A stretch of 64,000 nucleotides of DNA, taken from Rhizodiscina lignyota (taxonomy: Eukaryota). The translations under genes were made by a program, and so were the position numbers. Location of the stretch: assembly GCA_010015805.1 (NCBI GenBank), contig ML978123.1, forward strand, positions 992,001 through 1,056,000. Direction: 5' to 3'. Shown piece by piece: positions 22,080 to 33,247 of the stretch. The notes under the pieces were generated by a model, which searched no databases, was not told where the DNA came from, and saw only the letters and a list, made by a program, of their open reading frames with translations. Every line of letters begins with the position of its first letter. Position 1 is the stretch's first letter.

Positions 22080-22401
22080 ATGCAGCTCAACCACTTCCTC
22101 ACCCTTCTGTCAACATCTATGACGCTCACTCTTGCGGCTCCGATCGGCGCAAACACCAAGCGAACCATGCTTCTTAAAGGTCCACACGAGCGAAAGGCTC
22201 GGCAGGTTGAGAGTATGCAATTCTTGTTCTTTAGAAGCCATACAAGCTTATTAATGAGCTTCAGTGATGGGAGTTTCCTGTGCATTTGCCGCAAACACCG
22301 ACCCCAATATGGCTGGGTTTGAATTTGACCCAGAAGACCTATCGCAGATTTGTTTTATACCTGTGAATCAGGGTGATAGCTCGAGCCTGAGCGGCCCTTG
22401 A
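22080..22401 (+). CDS. Small secreted pre-pro-protein (89 aa), two exons
   Basis: Signal peptide MQLNHFLTLLSTSMTLTLA|AP and dibasic NTKR. Intron 22213-22264 (GTATGC...TTCAG, phase 1) joins in frame to MMGVSCAFAANTDPNMAGFEFDPEDLSQICFIPVNQGDSSSLSGP*. Confidence 0.6.
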
Positions 22402-22769
22402 TATAAAATGCACTGCAAAGGCACAGGAGGAAGCCATCTTTTCATTAAATCTTAAGACTTTCTTCTTGGATGTGATATTATCAAGATGAACATGGCGTTT
22501 GAGATTCTCAGTGTGACAGACCAAAAGAATGCAGAATATCGTGTGGTAACTTTCATCTCCTCCAGTTGCACTCTTAAATATGACAAATGACTCTCCATTA
22601 GTGACTGTCATAGATTGATTGCTGTTCAAAATGAGGCTCAGTAGAATTACGCTTTGAAGTCGATTTGACTATGAGCTGAAATTGCCCCCTAGTCTACCCT
22701 GAGTATTGTTTCAATGATATCGTACAAGTCCATACCCTAAATGTTTTCATCTCCATCTTTGCCTCAAAT

Positions 22770-24326
22770 TCAGAAACCAAACCATTTGTCTAAAGCAGCT
22801 TTTGCTGCATCCACGTCCGGCTTCGCATTTTCTTCTGCCACCCAAGCAACCACTCCGTCAGGCCGAATCAGCAAGGCGTGGAGGTCGCATCTGTCCTTCG
22901 CACCCATGGTGACATAATCGACTCGGGTCCTGTACTTCGAATCAACAATCAGTTCCTTGAGCGCCGCGTCGTCCTCAAAATCGAGAAATAAACCCCGGCC
23001 CCCCTCCAGCTTGGAACCCAGCCTCGAGCCATCATGCAGCTCGAAATCCGGCGCGCTACAGCCGACGAGCGGATGTGCGTGTGGCTCACTGTCACCGAGG
23101 CTGTAACGCTGTGACAAGCCCCAGACACGGCCGATGAACAGGTTAGTCCCATCATCTGTATCAATAAGGTCGGAAATGAGCTTTCGGACTGCCGCACCGT
23201 ACAGGTCAGGCACTACCGTCGAGACTTGTGCGCGTGTCCACTCGAGCGCCCATGCCGCAATGGGGTGACGCTCGCTCTCATATGTATCGAGCAGCGCCAG
23301 ATCTGCCGGAGCCCTGTCAGACACAGGCTCAGACTCTTGCCGGACCATCGCGGCCAGTTTCCAGCCTAGATTCATGGCGTCGCCCAGCCCGACGTTCAAA
23401 CCTTGGGCTCCGAGTGGCGAGTGGATGTGCGCAGCGTCACCGGCGAGGAGGACACGGCCCTTGCGGTAGCTTGTCGTTTGCTTGGATCGATCAGTGAACG
23501 AGGAGGCAAGGTGGATTTTTGTGATCTTCACATCAGTGGTCCCTGTGATACGGTTCAGGACTTCTTGAATGTGATCCTGTGTGATGTCTTGTGTGCGGTC
23601 AAAGGTAGTGCCGAAGTCCAACAGATGCAGACTCTTCGGAAGCCCTACGATGTACATCCCGGTTTTTGTAACGTGGAAACCCGGTTTCAACTTATCGGGG
23701 TCCTCGAAGTCGCAATTGACCGCATAGCCAGTGAACTTAGCTTCTGTTCCGACGAAGTCGAATCCGGCGGCTTTACGGATCACGCTTCGTCCGCCATCGC
23801 ATCCCACGAGCCACTTGCCGCGAAATGATTGATTTTCTCCAGCTTCCACTGTGACGCTGTCCTCATCCTGTGCGGCGATTTTCGTAACGCCATTACCCCT
23901 GAGAATCGTAACGCCCAAGATCTCAGCACGCTCGGTGAGTGCCGTCTCAATGCACTCGATGGTCGTAGGGCCGGGAACGAGGGCCGGCCCGGGAAGGCGG
24001 TACTTCCAACGGTCCAAGTCGAGCTTATTGGCATTGAGCATGATGCCGGCGAAGTGGCCACCGAACTGGAATCCCTCTGTCTTCTGGAAGGAGGAGGGCC
24101 GCTCACTGAGGTCAAAGAACTTGCCCAGAAGCCCGCGCCGGTAGAAGCTCTCCACTGATGAAGTGTTCAGACCTCGCCAGCCCAGCGGCTTGACCTTCCA
24201 GGGCGATTCGAGCTTGACGTCGCGCTCCAAGACCAGCACAGAGGCGCGTGCCAGTCCCAGCTCACACGCTAGAAGGAGCCCGACTGGCCCTGCACCGGCG
24301 ATGACAACGTCGTAAGTCTTCTTCAT
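22770..24326 (-). CDS. Class A FAD-dependent monooxygenase (FAD_binding_3; rifampicin-monooxygenase/aromatic-hydroxylase-like)
   Basis: Intronless 518 aa. VIAGAGPVGL, LVGCDGGRS, RVLLAGDAAHIHSPLGAQGLNVGLGDAMNLGWKL, and a C-terminal thioredoxin-like LIRPDGVVAW...LDKWFG. Confidence 0.92.
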   Translation of the reverse strand: MKKTYDVVIAGAGPVGLLLACELGLARASVLVLERDVKLESPWKVKPLGWRGLNTSSVESFYRRGLLGKFFDLSERPSSFQKTEGFQFGGHFAGIMLNANKLDLDRWKYRLPGPALVPGPTTIECIETALTERAEILGVTILRGNGVTKIAAQDEDSVTVEAGENQSFRGKWLVGCDGGRSVIRKAAGFDFVGTEAKFTGYAVNCDFEDPDKLKPGFHVTKTGMYIVGLPKSLHLLDFGTTFDRTQDITQDHIQEVLNRITGTTDVKITKIHLASSFTDRSKQTTSYRKGRVLLAGDAAHIHSPLGAQGLNVGLGDAMNLGWKLAAMVRQESEPVSDRAPADLALLDTYESERHPIAAWALEWTRAQVSTVVPDLYGAAVRKLISDLIDTDDGTNLFIGRVWGLSQRYSLGDSEPHAHPLVGCSAPDFELHDGSRLGSKLEGGRGLFLDFEDDAALKELIVDSKYRTRVDYVTMGAKDRCDLHALLIRPDGVVAWVAEENAKPDVDAAKAALDKWFGF

Positions 24327-25451
24327 GATCGTGCACGGTCACGGTGCTGCTCAATATTTTCCATGAAACTGATTCCAAGGAATGGCAGCAACGAATCTCC
24401 CGCGAATACCCAGATTTAGTAACCGGGCTTGATGTAGGATTGTCTCTTTGGCTTCGGTCAGTGCATTACACAACAAGATGAATTCAGATTGGAGCAGCAC
24501 TGTCAAAGTGTCAAGAAAAAGTGAGTGTAAGTACTTAGCCTAGTGGATGAGGCCTCTCTTGGTTTTAAAGGGCCTACACAGAGACGTCTCGAATGCACCC
24601 GGCCAGCTCGGGCTTTTCTAATTCCCGAACGCAGGATACACAAAATGCAAGCCGGGCTTTTAGTGAACCCCGATCAAGTTGCACTACATTGATTTATGAC
24701 CCAAGGGGCTGAACGATGTGCTTTTCCTCACTGGGCTCTAGTCACCCTGCTACCATCCCCTATTTCGTGCTTCCAAAGGCCCGAGAGAAAAATATCTGTC
24801 TGATAGCACATGGTAACGATTTTAGAGTGTTCATCTGCTCTCTGTCGAGGTCTGAGCACGGGCGAAGATAAAGAAGCCCACATTTCGAAGGATTCAACTG
24901 GTCGACCTACGAGTTCCAAGGCAGTATAAGGTACGGAGTATTCAAGGCGTCGTGGAGAGGCTAGGTGAAGCTCACTGAGGTCTAGGTAGCCAGCCAGGAG
25001 TTTTATCTTATCTGATCCGTCCCTGGCACCGAGACACCCCCGGCGTAATGAAACTCGAATCTTCCCCCCTCGCCTCTCGTTGTTGAGACATATTTTCGAT
25101 CTCTACGTTCACTGCGATCGACCAATATGGTTGCCCCCAATAAGTTCCCAGTTTTACTCAGCCTAAAGAGCTTGTTACTTGGTGTCTGTGTTGTCTTACG
25201 GTCGACTCGGGCAGATTATTGGTCCTCCTTCTGCATGGGTCCTGTTGCCTGGCGCTGAGGCAAATCTGCTAACTAACAGTCATTGTTTACTCTTTCTCCA
25301 AGCTTCTCTCAATCATATCTTATTTCAATCAGAGAAAACAGGCATATACAAGTTTACTATGCTATGAAGCACTGATTGTTGCACAACCATCAACTTCCAT
25401 TTTCTTCCATCTTGAAAAGTTTCGCTATCTCCTTTAGTATTCGAGATCGCT

Positions 25452-26723
25452 ATGGACTTGACTGCTCCCAAAATTGCTGAAAGAGAGCACTTCGACCCAC
25501 TCGAAGTGGTTGATCAACTCGCAACAGACCTTGCAGACCAGATCAAGAGCAGCAAACATTTCATCGCCTTCACCGGCGCTGGCGTCTCTACGTCCGCAGG
25601 CATACCCGATTTCCGAGGTCCAGAAGGTGCTTGGACGCTACGAGCCCAGGGAAGAGAGCTCAATTTCAAGTCCAGCACCACACTACAAGCGATCCCGAGT
25701 CCGACGCACATGGCGTTGGTAGAACTGCAGAACAGGGGCATTCTCAAGTACCTCGTCAGCCAGAATTGTGACGGCCTGCACAGGCGGAGTGGGATACTAC
25801 CTGTGAGTCTGAAATTGGTAACTGAATGGTGTCGCTCAATACTGATTTTCATCAACACTCAGGACAGAATATCTGAGCTTCATGGCAACAGCAACCGCGA
25901 GTATTGTAAAGATTGTGGAAAAGAGTTTATTCGCGGTATGAGATTGCTTCATATTCGACAGCGAACTATTCTCTGATTCCCACCAGATTTCCGAGCCGTC
26001 TCGACTTACGAAAAGTCGATCAAAGATCATCGCACAGGCCGCAAATGCACTCGCTGTGGATCAGCTCTACACGACACCATCATTAACTTTGGCGAAGACC
26101 TCCCAGAGCGCGCCTTCAGGCTGGCCTACGACAACGCCAAAAAGGCTGATCTCTGTCTTGTGCTTGGATCATCGCTTACAGTGACCCCAGCAAATACAAT
26201 TCCTGAGGTCGTTGGACAGAGGAAGAAGGCCAAGCTTGCTATTTGCAACCTGCAAAGGACGCCATTAGACGATAATGCCCATCTGCTTATTCACACAAGG
26301 ACGGATGATTTAATGATACGCGTCATGGATAAGCTCGACATTCCTATCCCAATATTCATTCTTCGTCGCCGACTTGCTGTCGAAGTGGAAAGCCAGGCCG
26401 CAGACCGACATCAGCTCAAAGTGTACGGTGTAGACGTTGACGGGACGCCCGTTTCATTTCTGCGGTCGGTCAAACTGGAGCATAGTAGACGCGTGGCGCG
26501 ATCGGAACCGTTTGTTATCAGCATTCGCGATAGCCTGGACCACGGACCGTTGCTAAAGCTGGAGCTCGAGTTCATGGGTCATTACGGAGAGCCGAACGTA
26601 GCTATTGCGCATGAATTTAACGGCGAGGCTAATCGGCAGTGCTTATATCTTCTGGAATATAACCATCAAAATGGAGAGTGGAAGACAAGTAAGCAGGATG
26701 GTCAAGCATGGGAACCTCGATGA
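25452..26723 (+). CDS. Class IV sirtuin (SIRT6/7-like NAD-dependent deacylase), 3 exons
   Basis: FTGAGVSTSAGIPDFRGPEGAWT, LVSQNCDGLHRRSG, SELHGN, zinc ribbon CKDC...CTRC, LHDTIINFGEDLP, LGSSLTVTPA, NLQRTPLD. Introns at ~25803-25862 and ~25935-25987. Confidence 0.92.
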
Positions 26724-27396
26724 GAGTCTGCGAGAGGGAGAATGTAACCCGGTCCGATGGACCGTCTCTGCTATGATCACAATCCAGGCAAGTAGTTGTT
26801 GATACCTACACAAATTTTGAATGCACTTATGACGCGATGCTAGTGGTTCGTAAGGAGATGGGAGCCGGAAGTTTTAGCCTGTTTCGATGCTTTCTTGTTA
26901 TTTACCACAAATTACGACACTAGTGTTGCGAGACATCTCCGCCTGGCGATAACAATGCGCCCCGTTCCTCGGAATAAATCCATCAAAGTCCACTTTCGCC
27001 TCTAGACCCGAGCTACTCATATTTTAAAATGAAATTTACCCAAGGCAGCCCAAGTCTGGTGCACAAATGTCACCAGCAGCCCGGATCGATGTGCTCCCGG
27101 CCATTAGCCACGGACTTCGTCGATTAAGTCCGTGACATGGCGACGATTCAAACAAATTCAATCTCCAAGAGCAGTTTTCACTCCCGGATCGATATGCTTC
27201 GGAAATATTTCAATGGTTCTCAGACCGATTGGCCGAAGTACGGCGTCTATATTCGTCCGCATTCCGTCTTCCTGGAGCATTCATATCTGGAGGCGCAACA
27301 CATACTTCGGGATGGACCCCTCGAACCAATTCCATTCTATTCAATTGACTTCCTACCGGGCCTATATCTCTGCGATTCGGAAACAAAGCTCTGAAA

Positions 27397-28527
27397 ATGG
27401 CCAACAAAGCAGCGTGGCTCATGGCCAAGCAGGCCAAACCTTTCAAAGTTGACGAGGCTCTCATGCCTGTGCCAGGAGACGACGAAGTTGTCATCAGAAA
27501 CCATGCAGTTGGAATTAATGCGGCAGACATTCTGGTTCAACAGCTGGGTATCATCTATCAAAAATATCCCAAGGTCATTGGCGTGGACGTTGCTGGAGAG
27601 GTCACAACCGTTGGCGAAAAGGTCATCAAGTTCAAGCCAGGAGATCGCGTCCTCGCCTGGATCAAATCTAATATGGCAGAAGCAGGGTCAGACGGTGCTT
27701 TCCAGCTCTTCGCCAAGACTTCTGGGGACTTTGTTTGCAAGATTCCTGACGATGTCCCGTTCAAGAACGCATGTGTCATGCCCCAGGGTATGGGCACTGC
27801 ATCCATGGGTTTATTCGCCAAGGAGGACGGCCTAGGTCTACCATATCCACAGGTCCCTCCAAAACCGACTGGAGAGGTCATTGTGGTTTGGGCTGGCGCG
27901 TACGTTGTCCACGCACCCAAAAAGCTCTTGTCCGATAGCTGATAGGGCAATAGCACCAGTGTTGGAAGCTGTGCGATCCAATTGGCGGTTGCTGCTGGCT
28001 TGGAGGTAGCCAGTACCGCCAGTGAGCGAAATCACGAGTATTGTAAGAACCTTGGGGCGAAGTGGGTGTTTGACTACAAGAGCGAAACTGTCGTAGACGA
28101 TATCCTCAAGGCCCTGGAGGGCAAAACCTCAGTTGGCGTGATGGATGCTTGGTCTCGGGATCCGTTTCCGGGAAAGAGCGCAGAGTTGGCTATGAAACTC
28201 AAGGGGAATTCGTTCTTGCAGACCGTATTTCCAAGTATTCTGTTACCGAAAGAAGTTCCCGAAGGCCTTACACTTGGACATGGTGAGTCTGTGCCCACGT
28301 CAACGAAAGAAAGAAAATAACATGTGTTTGCCGCAGTTTCGGGGATGCATGCTGACGTTGTTTCCGCCGTTTGGGGAGATTGGATGCCCAAGGCTCTGGC
28401 GGCTGGAACTTTGAAGTGCGCACCGGAGCCTCTAGTGGTAGGTCAGGGCCTGGAAGAAGTCCAAACTGCCTTTGATCATGGCGCTTTTAGCACGTCAGCG
28501 CAAAAGCTAGTCGTCGAGTTGCCGTGA
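27397..28527 (+). CDS. MDR-family zinc-binding-type oxidoreductase / trans-enoyl-reductase-like (CipB/ToxD-like)
   Basis: VVIRNHAVGINAAD, IGVDVAGEV, FKPGDRV, GAFQ. The intron starting at 27900 restores WAGATSVGSCAIQLA. A second intron lies at ~28283-28336, and the protein ends SAQKLVVELP. Confidence 0.88.
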
Positions 28528-28799
28528 CAATACCATTCTGGATACCGGAAGACTGTGTGCGTTAGTAACCTCTCTGAGAAAGTGCCCCGCAGTGAAAGGA
28601 GGAGATGAGCTGTATGTTAAGCGAGAAGATCGAAGATATCGGTACTCTGTAAGAAGAAGATCATTTTTCGATATCCCCTTCTCTACCATTAAGGTCCAAT
28701 GTTTTCATAACTTCCTTCAATCAAAGGCAACGTCTGTAAAATGAAATTTGAGCAAAGTCAAGTTTCGATAAAAATTCAGTCTATAACAAAAGTACCTAT

Positions 28800-31700
28800 C
28801 TATCTCGCCTTAACCCCCATCGCCGCCTTCTCTACTTCCTCCGCCTTCCTGGCTTCCTCTTCTTCTTTCTTCCGATCCGCCTCCTCCTGCTCCTCCCTCT
28901 TCCTCTTCTCCTCAAACTCAATCTGATCTGGACGGCGCAGCGCAATATCCCTTGGTCGGAAGTCCATAAACGCCGCCTTCAGCCCCTGCTCAATGGCCCA
29001 GCAGCCCACATAATCCAGAAGCATGACCGTAGTCATAGTCACCTTGAACTCCGTGGTGAACGGGACGAGCTTCAGTCTCTCGTTGATGTCGGGCACGAAC
29101 TCGGTGGCGCAGGAGAAGGCGACGCCTGCAGGGATGATGAGGCCGTACCACATGCCCTTGTTCTCCCTGATAGACTCGCGGAAAGGACGACCTTGGTAGT
29201 TGATTGCGAAGGTGGAGACTTGCTGGATGAGCTGGAGGAGATAGATGGCCGAGTTAAGGAGGGAAGGCTCGAATTCGCCTTCGAGGTCGACGTCATCGGA
29301 TTTCCTGTTATACCAGTGAGTATATGAACGTAAGAGGGTTAAGAAACTCGGAAAGGCTTACTTCTCGGTCCTAGACACATAGTTCGAAATATATATCAGG
29401 GTGACAATGTGAATCGCAAACTGTCCCAGTACACTTCCAACAATGTATGGGTTGAAAATGTTCGGCTGCGGTCTCTCTTTTGATAGCTGCTCGACCGTCT
29501 TGGCGCGCGAGATGCTCAAGAAGCACACACTCATCATCATGCCGCTGATCGTGACCTGACCGTCGCCAAACTTGATACCATCCAGGTATAGTACACTCAG
29601 ACTGTAGGCGCTGATGAGGCAGTTCAATGCGAGGATCTTGTACATCTGGATCGTGGCAACGAGTGTGCAGCGGCCTTGGCGGATAATGTTCGGGATCGCC
29701 ATGACATCCTTTAACTTCGAGGTAAAGGGGGCCGCGACAGAGGCATCGCCCAGCTTGATAGTTGGTGGTTCGTTATCGTCGAGTTCAGACTCCATCATGC
29801 TTTGTGTGAACTTCTCAGCCATTCCGCTCATAGCTTGCTGTGCTTGCAATTGACGCTGTTGCGCAGGGGTCAGATTTCCATTGCTCTGGGGAGTGGGCTT
29901 CGTCTCCGTCGATGTCGCAGTGAGCACTTTGCCGTTGGTTTCAACCTTGACGTCCGGTGCGCCGCCAGCCTTGGCCTTCTTATCAGCCTCCCTTTGCATA
30001 GCTTTCTCGTAGTGCGGGTTCGTCGGACCAGGAGGATACAAGTGTGCGATCAGGACCGGAACGGGAGGTGCAGGCTGGTTAAAACGCTGCATGAGGGAGA
30101 CTTGCTTCTGGTAGACTTCCTTCATCTTGGTGTTGCGGAAGTTCTCCGCGATCTTGTTCAAGACATCTTGAGTACCATTCAACAAAGCAACACCAACATG
30201 GGCCTGCTTCAGCGCCCCGACGTCATTGGTGCCATCACCGCACATCAGAGTTGTGTAGCCGGCATCCTTGAGCCCCAGAAGAATCTCTTCTTTCTGCTTG
30301 GGGGATACACGAGCGTACACCCATGTGTGTCGAAGAAGCTGGGTCCAGGCTTCTTGGCCTTTAAACTTCGCCAAGGCATATCCGGTAACGCAGAGGTCGT
30401 TCGTGTCAATGATTTTGGAGTCCAGCGGCTTCGTGGGATCGACCTTGATGCTTATCTTATCATCAATGCTTCTCCAGACAAGATTCTCTCCAGAGTCATC
30501 GTGTTCAGGAGCATCCAAGATCAAGACCTCCCTGTCAACAATCTCAACTTGGCGCGCAACGTGAACTGCCGTCAGAGGATTGTCGCCAGTGATCATGACA
30601 CAGCGATGACTGCTCTCGTTCAGCATGCGCACGGCCTTGATGGCGTCCTCCTTTAATGGTGTCTGTAGAACAAGGAATCCAGCAAAATGGAGGTCACGCT
30701 CAACCTCTTCACGTTTGAGGTCGTTGATGCGTCCCTGGCCAACCTCATTCTCAGTAGACAGATACTTGTATGCTAGAGCGAGGACACGACCACCATTTCG
30801 TGTGAAATGTTTGAATGTCTCTTCATACTTCGGTGGAATTTCGACCAACATGTTGCGAATTGTTTCTGGTGCACCCTTGACACCGACAAAAGTGGACCTA
30901 TTGCGCTTCTGGGTCTTGCGATTCATGGCAGTGACAGTGGCAACTGAGCTTTGCCTCTTCAATGCAGACGAAAATTGGAAGCGTCGCTTGATTTGGACTG
31001 AATCCGTGTGGGTAGCATAAGCAGCGCCATCAGAACCTGAGAGCTTCTTCGCGGTGAGAATATCCTTGTCCCCAAGGGTCCAGCCGAGTGCGCTAAGAGT
31101 GGCCTTCTCCATAGGCTCTCCAACGATATCGCCTTCATCTAACTTGACAAGTGCATGGGCGGTTGCAAGGACAAGAGTCGTCTCGTGTCCAACTTCAGGA
31201 ATGGGCACTAATTGGACTTGAGCACCATCTGCTTCTGCCTTGGCGTTTGGATCGTTCAAGGTGAGTCCAGCAATTCCGTCAACGACCAGGTCTTCTCCGG
31301 TCAAAGTGCCCGTCTTGTCGAAGCAGGCAACATCCACACGGCCAGCAAAAGGGATACGGAAAGGTTCGGTACAGAAGATGGCGAACTTGCTGAGCGCGGC
31401 CAAGCTTGTGTTGACAGCCAAACTCAGCTCCATGGGCAATTCCGGAGGTACGACGCTGGTGATGATGAGCACACAGTCCAGGAGGAGTTTCGATCGCTTC
31501 CTGTCCCTAGCCACACCCTCCTTCCACACGTACCAAGACGCGGCGATGGCAAACAGGCACAAGAACAGGATAAAGAGGAGAGCTTCGACATTGTTTGCAG
31601 ACACACGTTCTGTGGCAAAGATCATGGTTCGCACGAGACTACCTTGGCTCGTCTCGAACCCAGTCTTCGTGACAATAGCCATGGCACCCTTGTCGGGAGG

Positions 31701-32828
31701 AGATGGAACACCAGATGCGACGCTATGCATTGTATCTGGTGCGTCCTCGCTTGTTGTGCCATGGGTGACTTGAAGGACCTTAGTACCACCCCAAACGAAA
31801 GCATTCTTGTCCAGTCCTTCCGGCTCAATGCGTGCGTCGCCTGGTCGGAGCTGGACCGAGTCTTTCAGCACAGGCGTGCTCTCTCCGGACAACATGGCCT
31901 CATTGACAATAGTTCCACCTTCAACCAAGAGCATGTCACAAGCGACACCACCATCATCCTTACTTCGGCCGATAGACGCAAGGTCGCCAGGCAGTAGCTT
32001 GTCGCTCTGAATCTCCGTCCACTTGTTCTGCCTGTACACCCAGATGTCGTATGGCTTGATGCTCATCCCACGGAACTCATTGAGGGTCCTCTGCCTCTGC
32101 CAGACCACCGTGCTCTCAAAAACAATAAGCATGAAGAGCGTAAAGAGCGAATAGTACCAGTATTCGTCCAACAGCCAGAGTCCGACGCAGAATATCTGAA
32201 AGACGAAGAAGGGAGCGACAGCGTGCTCCTGGAAGAGCTCGGAAAAGCTAGGCACAGGGATGTCGAAGGTATTGTCGCCGTAGTGTTCCTGGAGCCTCTT
32301 GATATCCGCTGGAGAAGTCAAACCTCGTGATTTCTGGAAGTCTCCGATAAATGGCTTCGGCTCTGCATCCAGCGAATACACCAACGGCGCAAAGCTCTTC
32401 TTGTCCTCGCTGTATAGAAATCTGCGCTTCTGGAACAGGAACGAGAGGCTCGTCCTTCCGCCCACATTATCCCTCTTCAATGGCACAACCTCTGCGCTTC
32501 CGGCGTTCGCGATGGGTACGACCTTGATGAGTTTCGCCGTGTTGACATCATTGGTTTTCGTCGAGGTGAAGAGCGACTTGAGGTCGACATTCCATTTTGT
32601 CATGAGCCATATCAGCGCTTGCAATGAGAAGACACCGCCGCTCCACACAAATGTCCATTCCGAAGACTGGAGGTATTTCTCGTAGTTGACCGGGTTAAGG
32701 TACACATTGAGGAAAGCAGCCCAGAGGATCACAAACGGCCACACGTAGGCGTGTAGGTAGAGAGGAAGCGGGTTATGCAGGCTCGCCGACTTGATCTGCG
32801 CATTGTCGACGAGCATTTTGGAGGTCAT
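28800..32828 (-). CDS. SPF1: ER P5A-type ATPase Spf1/ATP13A1
   Basis: LSGESTP, VVPPELPMELS, phosphorylation site CFDKTGTLT, KGAPE, MITGDNP, MCGDGTNDVGALK. One intron at ~29361-29305. Start taken at MTSKMLVDN. Confidence 0.95.
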
Positions 32829-33247
32829 CGTGGGTATGTACAGAGGTGGATGTTGTCGAGGTTCAGGCCACGGGTTGATAACGCGGCGAGTCGAATCTTT
32901 TGGTAGTGGCGCCCGGCGTGGCGGATCCTGCCGCGCGCGTGGGATGCAATGAGGCTCAAATGTCCCGCGCGGGTCCACTGCAGGTGGGGGAATTTCACAA
33001 GTGTGGCTGAAATCTTGGCGTTATAAGATGAGTCGAAGTGAGAAGCTGTGACGGTGGATGTTTGAGTATTTAAGTGCCAAACTTTCATTCTGTGTGTCAC
33101 AGCAACCACAAATACTCTAGAAATAATTCACCACGACTTTCGACACCAATTCAACTTGACAGTTTGCGCAAACGAACCAAGCAGCATCACCACCATAACG
33201 GTACACACGATCAACACTTAAGCACGAACCAATTACTACGACCCAAC

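Noticed and set aside
27137..27394. 85-aa ORF ending 2 nt before the reductase ATG
   Set aside because: No recognisable motif, and it overlaps the likely promoter elements. Probably a chance ORF.
29802..31997. Long plus-strand ORFs (284 and 261 aa) antisense to SPF1
   Set aside because: Shadow ORFs caused by codon bias of the sense gene. The same applies to antisense ORFs over SEA4, GH3, GLN4 and others.
32829..32978. N-terminal extension of SPF1 in the ORF track
   Set aside because: Non-ATG start, and family similarity begins only at MTSKMLVDN.
33074..33247. 58-aa N-terminal extension of GLN4 in the ORF track
   Set aside because: Starts at a GTG inside the shared SPF1/GLN4 promoter/UTR. 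The ATG at 33248 has good context. A non-AUG targeting extension cannot be supported from sequence alone.
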